From NCBI RefSeq assembly GCF_001194135.2, contig NC_069001.1, forward strand, positions 31,482,677 through 31,524,920: a stretch of DNA of 42,244 bases, read 5' to 3'. Positions 12,396-26,300 of the stretch are shown here, in pieces. The notes under the pieces are model-generated. The model worked only from the letters and a program-made list of their open reading frames with translations. It was not told where the DNA came from and ran no database searches. This DNA is from Octopus bimaculoides. Its lineage: Eukaryota. Position 1 is the first letter of the stretch; each line of letters begins with the position of its first letter. Both the position numbers and the translations under genes were made by a program.

Positions 12396-15300
12396 NNNNN
12401 NNNNNNNNNNNNNNNNNNNNNNNNNNNNNNNNNNNNNNNNNNNNNNNNNNNNNNNNNNNNNNNNNNNNNNNNNNNNNNNNNNNNNNNNNNNNNNNCGATC
12501 GTACGTTCGTTCGTTCGTACGTTCGTTCGATCGTAAGTACGTACGCTATTTTGTTATTTCCTGCCTACGTAATACGTACATACGTTCGATCGTTCTTTCC
12601 TTTGTTCGTACGTAGGTACGTACGTTGGTTACTTCAATAGTTCGTACGTACGTATATATGTACGTTCGTTCGTCCTTACGTACGTACTCTACTTCGTTCG
12701 TACGTACGTTCGTTCGTTCGTACGTACGTTTTTCGTTCATACGTACGTTCCTTCATACGATCGCTCGTACGTCCGTTCTTACGTAAGTTCGTTCGTTCGT
12801 TCGTTCATTCGTACGATCGTTCGTTCATACGTTCGTTCTCTACGTTCGTTCCACCGTACGTTCGTTCGTTCGTACGTTCGTTCGTTCGTACGTTCGTTCG
12901 ATCTTAAGTACTACGTTCTTTTGTTATTTCCAGCCTACGTATTACGTACATACCTTCAATCGTTGGTTCCTTCGTTCGTACGTACGTACGTACGTTCATT
13001 CGTTATTTCATTCCTGCGTACATACATTCGCTACTTCAATAGTTCGTACGTACTTATATATGTACGTTCGTTCGTCCTTACGTTCGTACTTTCCTTCGTT
13101 CGTACGTACGTTCGTTCGTTCGTACGTACGTTCGTTCGTACGTACGTTCGTTCGTACGTACGTTCGTTCCTTCCTACGTACGTTCATTCGTTTGTTCGTT
13201 CGTACGTACGTACGTTCATTCGTTCGTTATTTCCTGCCTACGTAATACGTACGGGCTTACGTACCTTCATTCGTTCGTTATTTCCTGCCTACGTAATACG
13301 TACGTGCTTACGTTTGTACCTACGTTCGCTCGTACATACGTTCGTTCGTACGTACGATCGTTCGTACGTACGTTCTCACGTTATATCCTGCCTACATACG
13401 TACGTTCGCTCTTACTTAATTACGTACGTTCTTTCTTTCGTTCATACGTAAGTTCGTTCGTTCTCTACGTTCGTTTNNNNNNNNNNNNNNNNNNNNNNNN
13501 NNNNNNNNNNNNNNNNNNNNNNNNNNNNNNNNNNNNNNNNNNNNNNNNNNNNNNNNNNNNNNNNNNNNNNNNNNNNNNNNNNNNNNNNNNNNNNNNNNNN
13601 NNNNNNNNNNNNNNNNNNNNNNNNNNNNNNNNNNNNNNNNNNNNNNNNNNNNNNNNNNNNNNNNNNNNNNNNNNNNNNNNNNNNNNNNNNNNNNNNNNNN
13701 NNNNNNNNNNNNNNNNNNNNNNNNNNNNNNNNNNNNNNNNNNNNNNNNNNNNNNNNNNNNNNNNNNNNNNNNNNNNNNNNNNNNNNNNNNNNNNNNNNNN
13801 NNNNNNNNNNNTATTTCCTGCCTACGTAATACGTACGGGCTTACGTACCTTCATTCGTTCGTTATTTCCTGCCTACGTAATACGTACACACGTTCGATCG
13901 TTCGTTCCTTCGTTCGTACGTACGTACGTTCTTTCGTTATTTCCTTCCTGCGTACGTACTTTCGTTACTTCAATAGTTCGTATGTACGCATATATGTACG
14001 TTCGTTCGTCCTTACGTACGTAACTTCCTTCGTTCTTACGTTCGTTCGTTCGTACGTACGTTCGTTCGTTCGTACGTACGTTCTTTCGTTCGTACGTACG
14101 TTCTTTCGTTCGTACGTACGTTCGTTCCTTCGTACGTACGTTCATTCGTTCGTACGTACGTACCTTTATTCGTTGGTTATTTCCTGCCTACGTATTACGT
14201 ACGTACTTTCGTTCGTACCTACGTTCGTTCGTACCTTCGTTCGTTCGTACCTACGATGGTTCGTACGTACGATCTTTCGTACGTACGATCGTTCGTACGT
14301 ACGTTCTTACTTTATTTCCTGCTTACATACGTACGTTCGTTCGTTCGTACGTTAGTTCTCTCGTACGTACGTTCGTTCTTATGTCCCTTCGTTATTTCAT
14401 GCCTACCTACGTACGTATGTTCGTTTGTACGTACTTACGTTCTTTCGTTATTTCTTACCCTTGTACGTACGTTCGTTCGTTCAATCGTTCGTACATACGT
14501 ACGTATATATGTACGTTCGTATGTACTTACGTACGTACGTTCGTTCTTTCATTCGTTCGTACATACGTACGTTCCTTCGTTCGACCGTTCATACGTACGT
14601 ACGTACGTAATTTCGTTTGTTCGTAGGTACGTTCGTTCTTTCGTTATTTCCTGCCTACGTAATACATACGTACGTTCGTTCGTACGTACGTTCGTTCGTA
14701 CGTATGATCGTTCGTACGTACAATCGTTCGTACGTACGTTCTTACGTTATTTCCTGCCTACGTACGTATGTTCATCCGTACGTACGATCTTTCGATAATT
14801 CCTGCCTACGTATGTTCGTACGTTTGTACGTACGTAAGTTCGTTCGTTCGTACGTAAGTTCTTTCATTATTTCCTTCCTGCGTANNNNNNNNNNTACGTA
14901 CGTACGTTCGTTCTTTCATTCGTTTGTACATACGTACGTTCCTTCGTTCGACCTTTCATACGTACGTACGTACATACGTAATTTCGTTTGTTCGTACGAA
15001 CGTTCGTTCTTTCGTTTTTTCCTGCCTACGTAATACATACGTACGTTCGTTCGTACGTATGATCGTTCGTACGTACAATCGTTTGTACGTTCGTTCTTAC
15101 GTTATTTCCTACCTACGTACGTATGTTCGTCCGTACGTACGATGTTTCATTAATTTCTGCCTACGTACGTTCGTTCGTTCTAACGTTCGTACGTATGTAC
15201 GTACGTAAGTTCGTTCGTTCGTACGTACGTTCTTTCGTTATTTCCTTCCTTCGTACGTACATTCGTTCCTTCAATCGTTCGTACGTACGTATATATGTCG

Positions 15301-18300
15301 GTCATTCGTATTTACGTACGTACGTTCGTTCGTTCGTACGTACGTGATTTCGTTATCTCTTTCCGGCGTACGTACGTTCGTTCCTTCAATCTTTCGTCCG
15401 TACGTACGTGTATATGTACGTACTTTCGTACTTACGTACGTACGTTCGTTCGTACGTACGTACGTTCGTTCATACGTACGTACGTTCGTTTGTTCGTTCA
15501 TACGTACGTTCGTTCTTTCGTACGTAGGTCCGTTCGGACGTACGTACGTTCGTTCGTTTCTTCGTTCGTACGTACGTACGATATTTAGTTAAGTCCTGCC
15601 TACGTAATACGTAGGTACGTTCGTTCGTTCGTACGTTCGTTCTTTCATACATACGTTCGTCTTACGTTCTTTGATTATTTCCTGCCTACTTACATACGTT
15701 CGTTCGTTCAATCGTTCGTACGTACTTACGTATATAAGTACGTTCGTATGTACTTAGGTACGTATGTAAGTTCTTTCATTCGTTCGTACATACGTAGTTC
15801 TTTCGTTATTTACTTTCTATGTATTACGTACGTTCCTTTATTTGTTCGACTTACGTACGTACGTTCGTTCGTTCCTTCGTTAGTACGTACGTACGTTCGT
15901 TCTTTCGTTATTTCCTTCTTACGTAATACGTACGTACGTTCGTTCGTACGTACGTTCGTTCATACGATCGCTCGTACGTCCGTTCTTACGTTATTTCCTG
16001 CCTATGTACGTACGTTCGTACGGACGTTCTTTCGTTATTTCCTGCCTACGTAATACGTATGTACTTTCGTTTGTTCGTACTGATATACGTACGTATGTTC
16101 GTTCGTACGTACGATCTTTCGTTAATTCCTGCCTAAGTAATACGTAGGTAAGTTCGTTCGTTCGTACGTTCGTTCGTACGGACGTTCGTTCTCTACGTTC
16201 GTTCGATAATACGTTTGTTCGTTCGTACGTTCGTTCGATCTTAAGTAGGTACGTTCTTTTGTTATTTCCTGCCTACGTAATACGTACACACGTTCGATNN
16301 NNNNNNNNNNNNNNNNNNNNNNNNNNNNNNNNNNNNNNNNNNNNNNNNNNNNNNNNNNNNNNNNNNNNNNNNNNNNNNNNNNNNNNNNNNNNNNNNNNCC
16401 TGCCTACGTAATACGTACACACGTTCGATCGTTCGTTCCTTCGTTCGTTCGTACGTACTTTGGTTATTTCCTGCCTACGTACGTACGTTCTTTCGTTATT
16501 TCCTTTCTATGTATTACGTACGTTCCTTTATTTGTTCGACTTACGTACGTACGTACGTTCGTTCATTCCTTCGTTTGTTATTTCCTTCTTACGTAATACG
16601 TACGTACTTTCGTTCGTACCTACGTTCGTTCGTACATACGTGCGTTCGTACGTACGATGGTTCGTACGTACGATCGTTCGTACGTACGTACTTACGTTCT
16701 TTCGTTATTTCTTACCTTTGTACGTACGTTCGTTCATTCAATCGTTCGTACGTACGTACGTATATAAGTACGTTCGTATGTACTTACGTACGTATGTTCG
16801 TTCTTTCATTCGTTCGTACATACGTACGTTCTTTCGTTATTTCCTTTCTATGTATTACGTACGTTCCTTTATTTGTTCGACTTACGTACGTACGTTCGTT
16901 ACTTCCTTCGTTCGTATGTACGTACGTTCGTTCGATCGTAAGTACGTTCGTTCTTTTGTTATTTCCTGCCTACGTAATACGTACACACGTTCGATCGATC
17001 GTTCCTTCGTTCGTACGTACGTACGTTCTTTCGTTATTTCCTTCCTGCGTACGTACGTTCTTTACTTCAATAGTTCGTACGTACGTATATATGTACGTTC
17101 GTTCGTCCTTACGTACGTACCTTCATTCGTTCGTTATTTCCTACCTACGAAATACGTACGTACTTTCGTTCGTACCTACGTTCGTTCGTACCTACGTTCG
17201 TTCGTACCTACGTTCGTTCGTACGTAGGATCTTTCGTACGTACGATCGTTAGTACGTACGTTCTTACGTTATTTCCTTCCTACATACGTACGTTCGTTCT
17301 TACTTAATTACGTACGTTCGTTCGTTCTCTACGTTTGTTCGTACGTTCGTTCATTCGTACGTTCGTTCGATCGTACGTTTGTTCCTTCGTAAGTACGTAC
17401 GTTCTTTCGTTATTTCCTGCCTTCGTAATACGTATGTACTTTCGTTCGTTTGTACTTATATACGTACGTATGTTCGTTCGTTTCTTCATTCGTACGTACG
17501 ATCTTTCGTTAATTCCTGCCTAAGTAATACGTAGGTAAGTTCGTTCGTTCGTACGTACGTTCTTACGTTATTTCCTGCCTACGTACGTATGTTCGTCCGT
17601 ACGTAGATCTTTCGTTAATTCCTGCCTACGTACGTTCGTTCTATCGTTATTTCCTGCCTACGTAATACATACGTACGTTCGTTCGTACGTACGTTCGTTC
17701 GTACGTATGATCGTTCGTACGTACGTATATATGTCAGTCATTCGTATTTACGTACGTACGTAAGTTCGTTCGTACGTACGTACGATATTTCGTTAAGTCC
17801 GGCCTACGTAATACGTAGGTACCTTCGATCGTTCGTACGTTCTTTGGTTATTTCCTGCCTACGTACGTACGTTCGTTCGTTCAATCGTTCGTACGTACGT
17901 ACGTATATGAGTACGTTCGTATATACTTACGTACGTATGTTCGTTCTTTCATTCGTTCGTACATACGTAGTTCTTTTGTTATTTCCTTTCTATGTATGAC
18001 GTACGTTCCTTATTTGTTCGACTTACGTACGTACGTTCGTTCTTTCCTTCGTTCGTACGTACGTACGTTCGTTCTTTCGTTATTTCCTTCATACGTAATA
18101 CGTACTTACGTTCGTTCGTACGGACGTTCGTTCATGCGATCGCTCGTACGTCCGTTCTTACGTTATTTCCTGCCTACGTACGTACGTACGTTCGTTCGTT
18201 CATACGTACATTCGTTCGTTCGTACGTTCGATCTCTACGTTCGTTCGATCGTACGTTCGTTCGTTCGTACGTTCGTTCGATCGTAAGGACGTACGTTCTT

Positions 18301-21300
18301 TTGTTATTTCCTGCCTACGTAATACGTACATACGTTCGATCGTTCGCTCCTTCGTTCGTTACTTCAATAGTNNNNNNNNNNCTGCCTACGTAATACGTAC
18401 ATACGTTCGATCGTTCGCTCCTTCGTTCGTTACTTCAATAGTTCGTACGTACGTATATATGTACGTTCGTTCGTCCTTACGTACATACTTTCCTTCGTTC
18501 GTACGTACGTTCGTTCGTTCGCACGTACTGTTTTTTTCGTTCGTACGTACGTTCGTTCGTTCGTACGTACGTTCATTCGTTCCTTCGTTCGTACGTACGT
18601 ACGTTCATTCGTTTGTTATTTCCTGCCTACGTAATACGTACGTACTTTCGTTCGTACCTACGTTCGTTCGTACATACGTGCGTTCGTACGTACGATGGTT
18701 CGTACGTACGAACATTTGTACGTACGATCGTTCGTACGTAATTTCTTACGTTATTTCCTGCCTACATACGTACGTTCGTTCGTACGTACGTACGTTCGTT
18801 CCTTCGTACGTACGTTCATTCTTTCCTTCGTTCTTACGTACGTACGTTCTTACGTTATTTCCTGCCTACATACGTACGTTCGTTCTTACTTAATTACGTA
18901 CGTTCGTTCTTTCGTTCATACGTACGTTCGTTCGTTCTCTACGTTCGTTTGTTCGTACGTTCATTCATTCGTACGTTCGTTCGATCGTACGTTCGTTCCA
19001 TCGAAAGTACGTACTTCTTTCGTTATTTCGTGCGTACGTAATACGTATTTACTTTCGTTCGTTCGTACGTACGATCTTTCGTTAATTCCTGCCTAAGTAA
19101 TACGTAGGTAAGTTCGTTCGTTCGTACGTTCGTTCTCACTTACGTACGTTCGTTCGTATGTCCCTTCGTTATTTCATTCCTACCTACGTACGTATGTTCG
19201 TTCGTACGTACTTACGTTCTTTCGTTATTTCTTACCTTTGTACGTACGTTCGTTCGTTCAATCGTTGGTACGTACGTACGTACGTATATATGTACGTTCG
19301 TATGTACTTACGTACGTACGTTCGTTCTTTCATTCGTTCGTACATACTACGTTCCTTCGTTCGACCTTTCATACGTACGTACGTACGTAATTTCGTTTGT
19401 TCGTACGAACGTTCGTTCTTTCGTTTTTTCCTGCCTACGTAATACATACGAACGTTCGTTCGTTCGTACGTACGTTCTTACGTTATTTCCTGCCTACGTA
19501 CGTATGTTCGTCCGTACGTACGATGTTTCGTTAATTTTTGCCTACGTACGTTCTTTCGTTCTAACGTTCGTACGTATGTACGTACGTAAGTTCGTTCGTT
19601 CGTACGTACGTTCTTTCGTTATTTCCTTCCTGCGTACGTACGTTCGATCGTACGTACGTACGTTCGTTCGTACGTACGTACGTTCGTTTGTTCGTTCATA
19701 CGTACGTTCGTTCTTTCGTACGTAGGTCCGTTCGGACGTACGTACGTTCTTTCGTTATTTCCTGCCAACGTAATACGTATGTACGTTCGTTCGTACTTAC
19801 GTACGTACGNNNNNNNNNNNNNNNNNNNNNNNNNNNNNNNNNNNNNNNNNNNNNNNNNNNNNNNNNNNNNNNNNNNNNNNNNNNNNNNNNNNNNNNNNNN
19901 NNNNNNNNNNNNNNNNNNNNNNNNNNNNNNNNNNNNNNNNNNNNNNNNNNNNNNNNNNNNNNNNNNNNNNNNNNNNNNNNNNNNNNNNNNNNNNNNNNNN
20001 NNNNNNNNNNNNNNNNNNNNNNNNNNNNNNNNNNNNNNNNNNNNNNNNNNNNNNNNNNNNNNNNNNNNNNNNNNNNNNNNNNNNNNNNNNNNNNNNNNNN
20101 NNNNNNNNNNNNNNNNNNNNNNNNNNNNNNNNNNNNNNNNNNNNNNNNNNNNNNNNNNNNNNNNNNNNNNNNNNNNNNNNNNNNNNNNNNNNNNNNNNNN
20201 NNNNNNNNNNNNNNNNNNNNNNNNNNNNNNNNNNNNNNNNNNNNNNNNNNNNNNNNNNNNNNNNNACGTTCGTTTGTTCGTACGTTCGTTCCCTACCTTC
20301 GTTCGATCGTACGTTCGTTCGTTCGTACGTTCGTACGTACGTACGTACGTTCTTTCGTTATTTCCTTCCTGCGTGCGTACGTTCGTTCCTTCGTACGTAC
20401 GTTCATTCGTTCCTTCGTTCTTTCGTACATACGTTCGTTCGTCCGTTCTTTGGTTATTTCCTACCTACGTACGTACTTCGTTCGTTCAATCGTTCGTACG
20501 TACGTATATAATTACGTTCTTATGTATTTCCGTACGTATGTTCGTTCTTTCATTCGTTCGTGCATACGTAGTTCTTTCGTTATTTGCTTTCTATGTATTA
20601 CGTACGTTCCTTTATTTGTTCGACTTACGTACGTACGTTCGTTCGTTCGCACGTACGTACATTCGTTCTTTCGTTAATTCCTCCTTACGTAATACGCACG
20701 TACGTTCGTTCGTACGTACGTTCGTTCATATGATCGCTCGTACGATGGTTCATACGCACGATCCTTTGTACGTAAGATCGTTCGTACGTACGTTCTTACG
20801 TTATTTCCTGTCTACATACGTACGTTCGTTCTTACTTAATTACGTACGTTCGTTCTTTCGTTCATACGTACGTTCGTTCGTTGTCTACGTTCGTTTGTTC
20901 GTTTGTTCGTACGTTCGTAAATACGTACGTTCTTTCGTTATTTCCTTCCTACGTACGTACGTTCGTTACTTCAATAGTTCGTACGTACGTTTATATGTAC
21001 GTTCGTTCGTCCTTACGTACGTACTTTCCTTCGTTCGTACGTACGTTCGTTCGTTCGTACGTACGTTCGTTCGTTCGTACGTACGTTTTTTTCGTTCGTA
21101 CGTACGTTCGTTCCTTCGTACGTACGTTCATTCGTTCCTTCGTTCGTACGTACGTACGTTAATTCGTTCGTTATTTCCTGCCTACGTAATACGTACGTAC
21201 TTTCGTTCATACCTACATTCGTTCGTACATACGTGCGTTCGTACGTACGATGGTTCGTACGCACGATCCTTTGTACGTACGATCGTTCGTACGTACGTTC

Positions 21301-22082
21301 TTACGTTATTTCCTGCCTACATACGTACGTTCGTTCTTACTTAATTACGTACATTCGTTCTTTCGTTCATACGTACGTTCGTTCATTCTCTACGTTCGAT
21401 TTTCGTTTGTTCGTATGTTCGTTCATTCGTACGTATGATCGTTCGTACGTACAATCGTTCGTACGTCCGTTCTTACGTTATTTCCTGTCTACGTACGTAT
21501 GTTCGTCCGTACGTACGATCTTTCGTTAATACCTGCNNNNNNNNNNGTTATTTCCTGTCTACGTACGTATGTTCGTCCGTACGTACGATCTTTCGTTAAT
21601 ACCTGCCTACGTACGTTCGTTCGTTCAAACGTTCGTACGTATGTACGTACGTAAGTTCGTTCGTTCGTACGTACGTCCTTTCGTTATTTCCTTCCTGGGT
21701 ACGTACGTTCGTTCCTTCAATAGTTCGTACGTACGTATATATGTCGGTCATTCGTATTTACGTACGTACGTTCTTTTGTTATTTTTTTCTAGCGTACGTA
21801 CGTTCGTTCCTTCAATCTTTCGTCCGTACGTACGTGTATATGTACGTTCGTTCGTACTTACGTACGTACGTTCGTTCGTACGTTTTTTTGTTCGTACGTA
21901 CGTTCGTTCATACGATCGCTCGTACGTCCGATCTTACATTATTTCCTGCCTACGTACATACGTTCGTTCGTTCGTTCATACGTACGTTCGTTCTTATTTA
22001 ATTACGTACGTTCGTTTTTTCGGTCATACGTACGTTCGTTCGTTCTCTACGTTCGTTTGTTCGTATGTTCGATCATTCGTAC

Positions 22083-23343
22083 GTTCGTTCGATCGTACGT
22101 TCGTTCGTTCGTAAGAACGTACGTTCTTTCGTTATTTCCTGCCTACGTAATACGTATGTACTTTCGTTCGTTCGTACTTATATACGTACGTATGTTCGTT
22201 CGTTTCTTCGTTCGTACGTACAATCTTTCGTTAATTCCTGCCTAAGTAATACGTAGGTAAGTTCGTTCGTTCGTACGTTCGTTCTCTCGTACGTACGTTC
22301 GTTCGTATGTCCTTTCGTTATTTCATGCCAACCAACGTACGTATGTTCGTTCGTACGTACTTACGTTCTTTCGTTATTTCTTACCTCTGTACGAACGTTC
22401 GTTCGTGCAATCGTTCGTACGTACGTACGTATATAAGTACGTTCGTATGTACTTACGTACGTATGTTCGTTCTTTCATTCGTTCGTACCTACGTTCGTTC
22501 GTACATATGTGTGTTCGTTCCTACGATGGTTCGTACGTACGATCGTTCGTACGTAGATCGTTAGTACGTACGTTCTTACGTTATTTCCTGCCTACATACG
22601 TACGTTCGTACTTACTTAATTACGTACGTTCGTTCTTTCGTTCATACGTACGTTCGTTCGTTCTCTACGTTCGTTTGTTCGTACGTTCGATCATTCGTAC
22701 GTTCGTTTGATCGTACGTTCGTTCCTTCGTAAGTACGTACGTTCGTTCGATCGTACGTTCGTTCCTTCGTAAGAACGTACGTTCTTTCGTTATTTCCTGC
22801 CTACGTAATACGTATGTACTATCGTTCGTTCGTACTTATATACGTACGTATGTTCGTTCGTTTCTTCGTTCGTACGTACAATCTTTCGTTAATACCTGCC
22901 TGAGTAATACGTAGGTAAGTTCGTTCGTTCGTACGTTCGTTCTCTCGTACGTACGTTCGTTCGTATGTCCCTTCGTTATTTCATGCCTACCAACGTACGT
23001 ATGTTCGTTCGTACGTACTTACGTTCTTTCGTTATTTCTTACCTCTGTACGAACGTTCGTTCGTGCAATCGTTCGTACGTACGTACGTATATAAGTACGT
23101 TCGTATGTACTTACGTACGTATGTTCGTTCTTTCATTCGTTCGTACTTACGTTCGTTCGTACATACGTGTGCTCGTACGTACGATGGTTCGTACGTACGA
23201 TGGTTCGTACGTACGATCGTTCGTACGTAGATCGTTCGTACGTACGTTCTTACGTTATTTCCTGCCTACATACGTACGTTCGTTCTTACTTAATTACGTA
23301 CGTTCGTTCTTTCGTTCATACGTACGTTCGTTCGTTCTCTACG
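22083..23343. repeat. Local ~658-bp tandem duplication within the satellite
   Basis: Private variants recur at a constant 658-bp offset: GTAAGAACGT at 22111/22769, CAATCTTTCG at 22221/22879, ATGTCC at 22307/22965, and CGTTATTTCTTACCTCTGTACGAACG at 22372/23030. The boundaries are approximate. Confidence 0.8.
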
Positions 23344-26300
23344 NNNNNNNNNNNNNNNNNNNNNNNNNNNNNNNNNNNNNNNNNNNNNNNNNNNNNNNNN
23401 NNNNNNNNNNNNNNNNNNNNNNNNNNNNNNNNNNNNNNNNNNNNNNNNNNNNNNNNNNNNNNNNNNNNNNNNNNNNNNNNNNNNNNNNNNNNNNNNNNNN
23501 NNNNNNNNNNNNNNNNNNNNNNNNNNNNNNNNNNNNNNNNNNNNNNNNNNNNNNNNNNNNNNNNNNNNNNNNNNNNNNNNNNNNNNNNNTCGTTATTTCT
23601 TACCTCTGTACGAACGTTCGTTCGTGCAATCGTTCGTACGTACGTACGTATATAAGTACGTTCGTATGTACTTACGTACGTATGTTCGTTCTTTCATTCG
23701 TTCGTACATATGTACGTTCTTTCGTTATTTCCTTTCTATGTATTTCGTATGTTCCTTTATTTGTTCGACTTACGTACGTACGTTCGTTCCTTCCTTCGTT
23801 CGTATGTACGTACGTTCACTCGTACGTACGTTCGTTCGTACGTACGTACGTTCGTTCGTACGGACGTTCGTTCTCTACGTTCGTTCGATCGNNNNNNNNN
23901 NGACGTTCGTTCTCTACGTTCGTTCGATCGTACGTTCGTTCGATCGTACGTTCGTTCGTTCGTAAGTTCGTTCGATCGTAAGTACGTACGTTCTTTCGTT
24001 ATTTCCTTCCTGCGTACGGACGTTCGTTACTTCAATAGTTCGTACGTACGTATATATGTACGTTCGTTCGTCCTAACGTACGTACCTTCTTTCGTTCGTA
24101 CGTACGTTCGTTCGTACGTACGTACGTTCGTTCCTTCGTACTTACGTACGTACGTTCGTTATTACGTACGTACGTTCGTTTGTTCGTTCATACGTACGTT
24201 CGTTCTTTCGTACGTAGGTCCGTTCCGACGTACGTACGTTCTTTCGTTATTTCCTGCCAACGTAATACGTNNNNNNNNNNNNNNNNNNNNNNNNNNNNNN
24301 NNNNNNNNNNNNNNNNNNNNNNNNNNNNNNNNNNNNNNNNNNNNNNNNNNNNNNNNNNNNNNNNNNNNNNNNNNNNNNNNNNNNNNNNNNNNNNNNNNNN
24401 NNNNNNNNNNNNNNNNNNNNNNNNNNNNNNNNNNNNNNNNNNNNNNNNNNNNNNNNNNNNNNNNNNNNNNNNNNNNNNNNNNNNNNNNNNNNNNNNNNNN
24501 NNNNNNNNNNNNNNNNNNNNNNNNNNNNNNNNNNNNNNNNNNNNNNNNNNNNNNNNNNNNNNNNNNNNNNNNNNNNNNNNNNNNNNNNNNNNNNNNNNNN
24601 NNNNNNNNNNNNNNNNNNNNNNNNNNNNNNNNNNNNNNNNNNNNNNNNNNNNNNNNNNNNNNNNNNNNNNNNNNNNNNNNNNNNNNNNNNNNNNNNNNNN
24701 NNNNNNNNNNNNNNNNNNNNNNNNNNNNNNNNNNNNNNNNNNNNNNNNNNNNNNNNNNNNNNNNNNNNNNNNNNNNNNNNNNNNNNNNNNNNNNNNNNNN
24801 NNNNNNNNNNNNNNNNNNNNNNNNNNNNNNNNNNNNNNNNNNNNNNNNNNNNNNNNNNNNNNNNNNNNNNNNNNNNNNNNNNNNNNNNNNNNNNNNNNNN
24901 NNNNNNNNNNNNNNNNNNNNNNNNNNNNNNNNNNNNNNNNNNNNNNNNNNNNNNNNNNNNNNNNNNNNNNNNNNNNNNNNNNNNNNNNNNNNNNNNNNNN
25001 NNNNNNNNNNNNNNNNNNNNNNNNNNNNNNNNNNNNNNNNNNNNNNNNNNNNNNNNNNNNNNNNNNNNNNNNNNNNNNNNNNNNNNNNNNNNNNNNNNNN
25101 NNNNNNNNNNNNNNNNNNNNNNNNNNNNNNNNNNNNNNNNNNNNNNNNNNNNNNNNNNNNNNNNNNNNNNNNNNNNNNNNNNNNNNNNNNNNNNNNNNNN
25201 NNNNNNNNNNNNNNNNNNNNNNNNNNNNNNNNNNNNNNNNNNNNNNNNNNNNNNNCGTACGTTCATTCGTTCCTTCGTTCTTTCGTACATACGTTCGTTC
25301 GTCCGTTCTTTGGTTATTTCCTACCTACGTACGTACGTTCGTTCGTTCAATCGTTCGTACGTACGTATATAATTACGTTCTTATGTATTTACGTACGTAT
25401 GTTCGTTCTTTCATTCGTTCGTACATACGTAGTTCTTTCGTTATTTCCTTTCTATGTATTACGTACGTTCCTTTATTTGTTCGACTTACGTACGTACGTT
25501 CGTTCGTTCCTTCGTTCGTAAGTACGTACATTCGTTCTTTCGTTATTTCCTCCTTACGTAATACGCACGTACGTTCGTTCGTTCGTACGTTCGTTCTCTA
25601 CGTTCGTTTGATTGTACGTTCGTTCGTTCGTACTTTCGTTCGATCGTACGTACGTACGTTCTTTTGTTATTTCCTGCCTACGTAATACGTACATACGTTC
25701 GATCGTTCCTTCCTTCGTTCGTACGTACGTACGTTCTTTCGTTATTTCCTTCCTGCGTACGTACGTTCGTTACTTCAATAGTTCGTACGTACGTATATAT
25801 GTACGTTCGTTCGTCCTTACTTACGTACTTTCCTTCGTTCGTACGTACGTTCGTTCGTTCGTACGTACGTTCTTTTCGTTCGTACGTACGTTCGATCCTT
25901 CGTACGTACGTTCATTCGTTCCTTCGTTCGTACGTACGTACGTTAATTCGTTCGTTAGTTCTACGTAATACGTACGTACTTTCGTTCGTACCTACGTTCG
26001 TTCGTACATACGCGCGTTCGTACGTACGATGGTTCGTACGCACGGTCCTTTGTACGTACGATCGTTCGTACGTACGTTCTTACTTTATTTCCTGCCTACA
26101 TACGTACGTTCGTTCTTACTTAATTACGTACGTTCGTTCTTTCGTTCATAAGTACGTTCGTTCATTCTCTACGTTCGTTTGTTCGTTTGTTCGTACGTTC
26201 TCTACGTTCGTTTGTTCGTACGTACAATCGTTCGTACGTCCGTTCTTACGTTATTTCCTGCCTACGTACGTATGTTCGTCCGTACGTACGATCTTTCGTT

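Noticed and set aside
11540-12560. Target-site duplication for the LINE
   Set aside because: Both LINE ends lie in N-gaps and the flanks are in opposite orientation, so no TSD can be identified.
11410-12615. Plus-strand ORFs over the junction (11410-11991, 11540-11998, 11568-12089, 12256-12615) and minus-strand ORFs 11606-12004 and 11614-12036
   Set aside because: They are made of (TA)n translation (YIYI), N-gap and antisense or off-frame LINE sequence. Only the minus-strand frame through 12257 carries recognisable motifs.
14870-14910. Overlap duplication around the 10-N gap at 14885-14894
   Set aside because: Unlike the other 10-N gaps, only a trivial tetramer overlap is visible. Some intervening modules appear to be missing rather than duplicated.
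1-24000. A giant palindrome or inverted duplication centred at ~12 kb
   Set aside because: The arms share the family anchor but differ in diagnostic module variants and order. There is no base-for-base mirror symmetry around the junction.
508-25685. The longest ORFs (for example 23710-25521, 603 aa; 19779-21344, 521 aa; 24180-25685, 501 aa; 45-1268, 407 aa)
   Set aside because: Their length comes from reading through N-gaps (X runs) plus stop-poor repeat.
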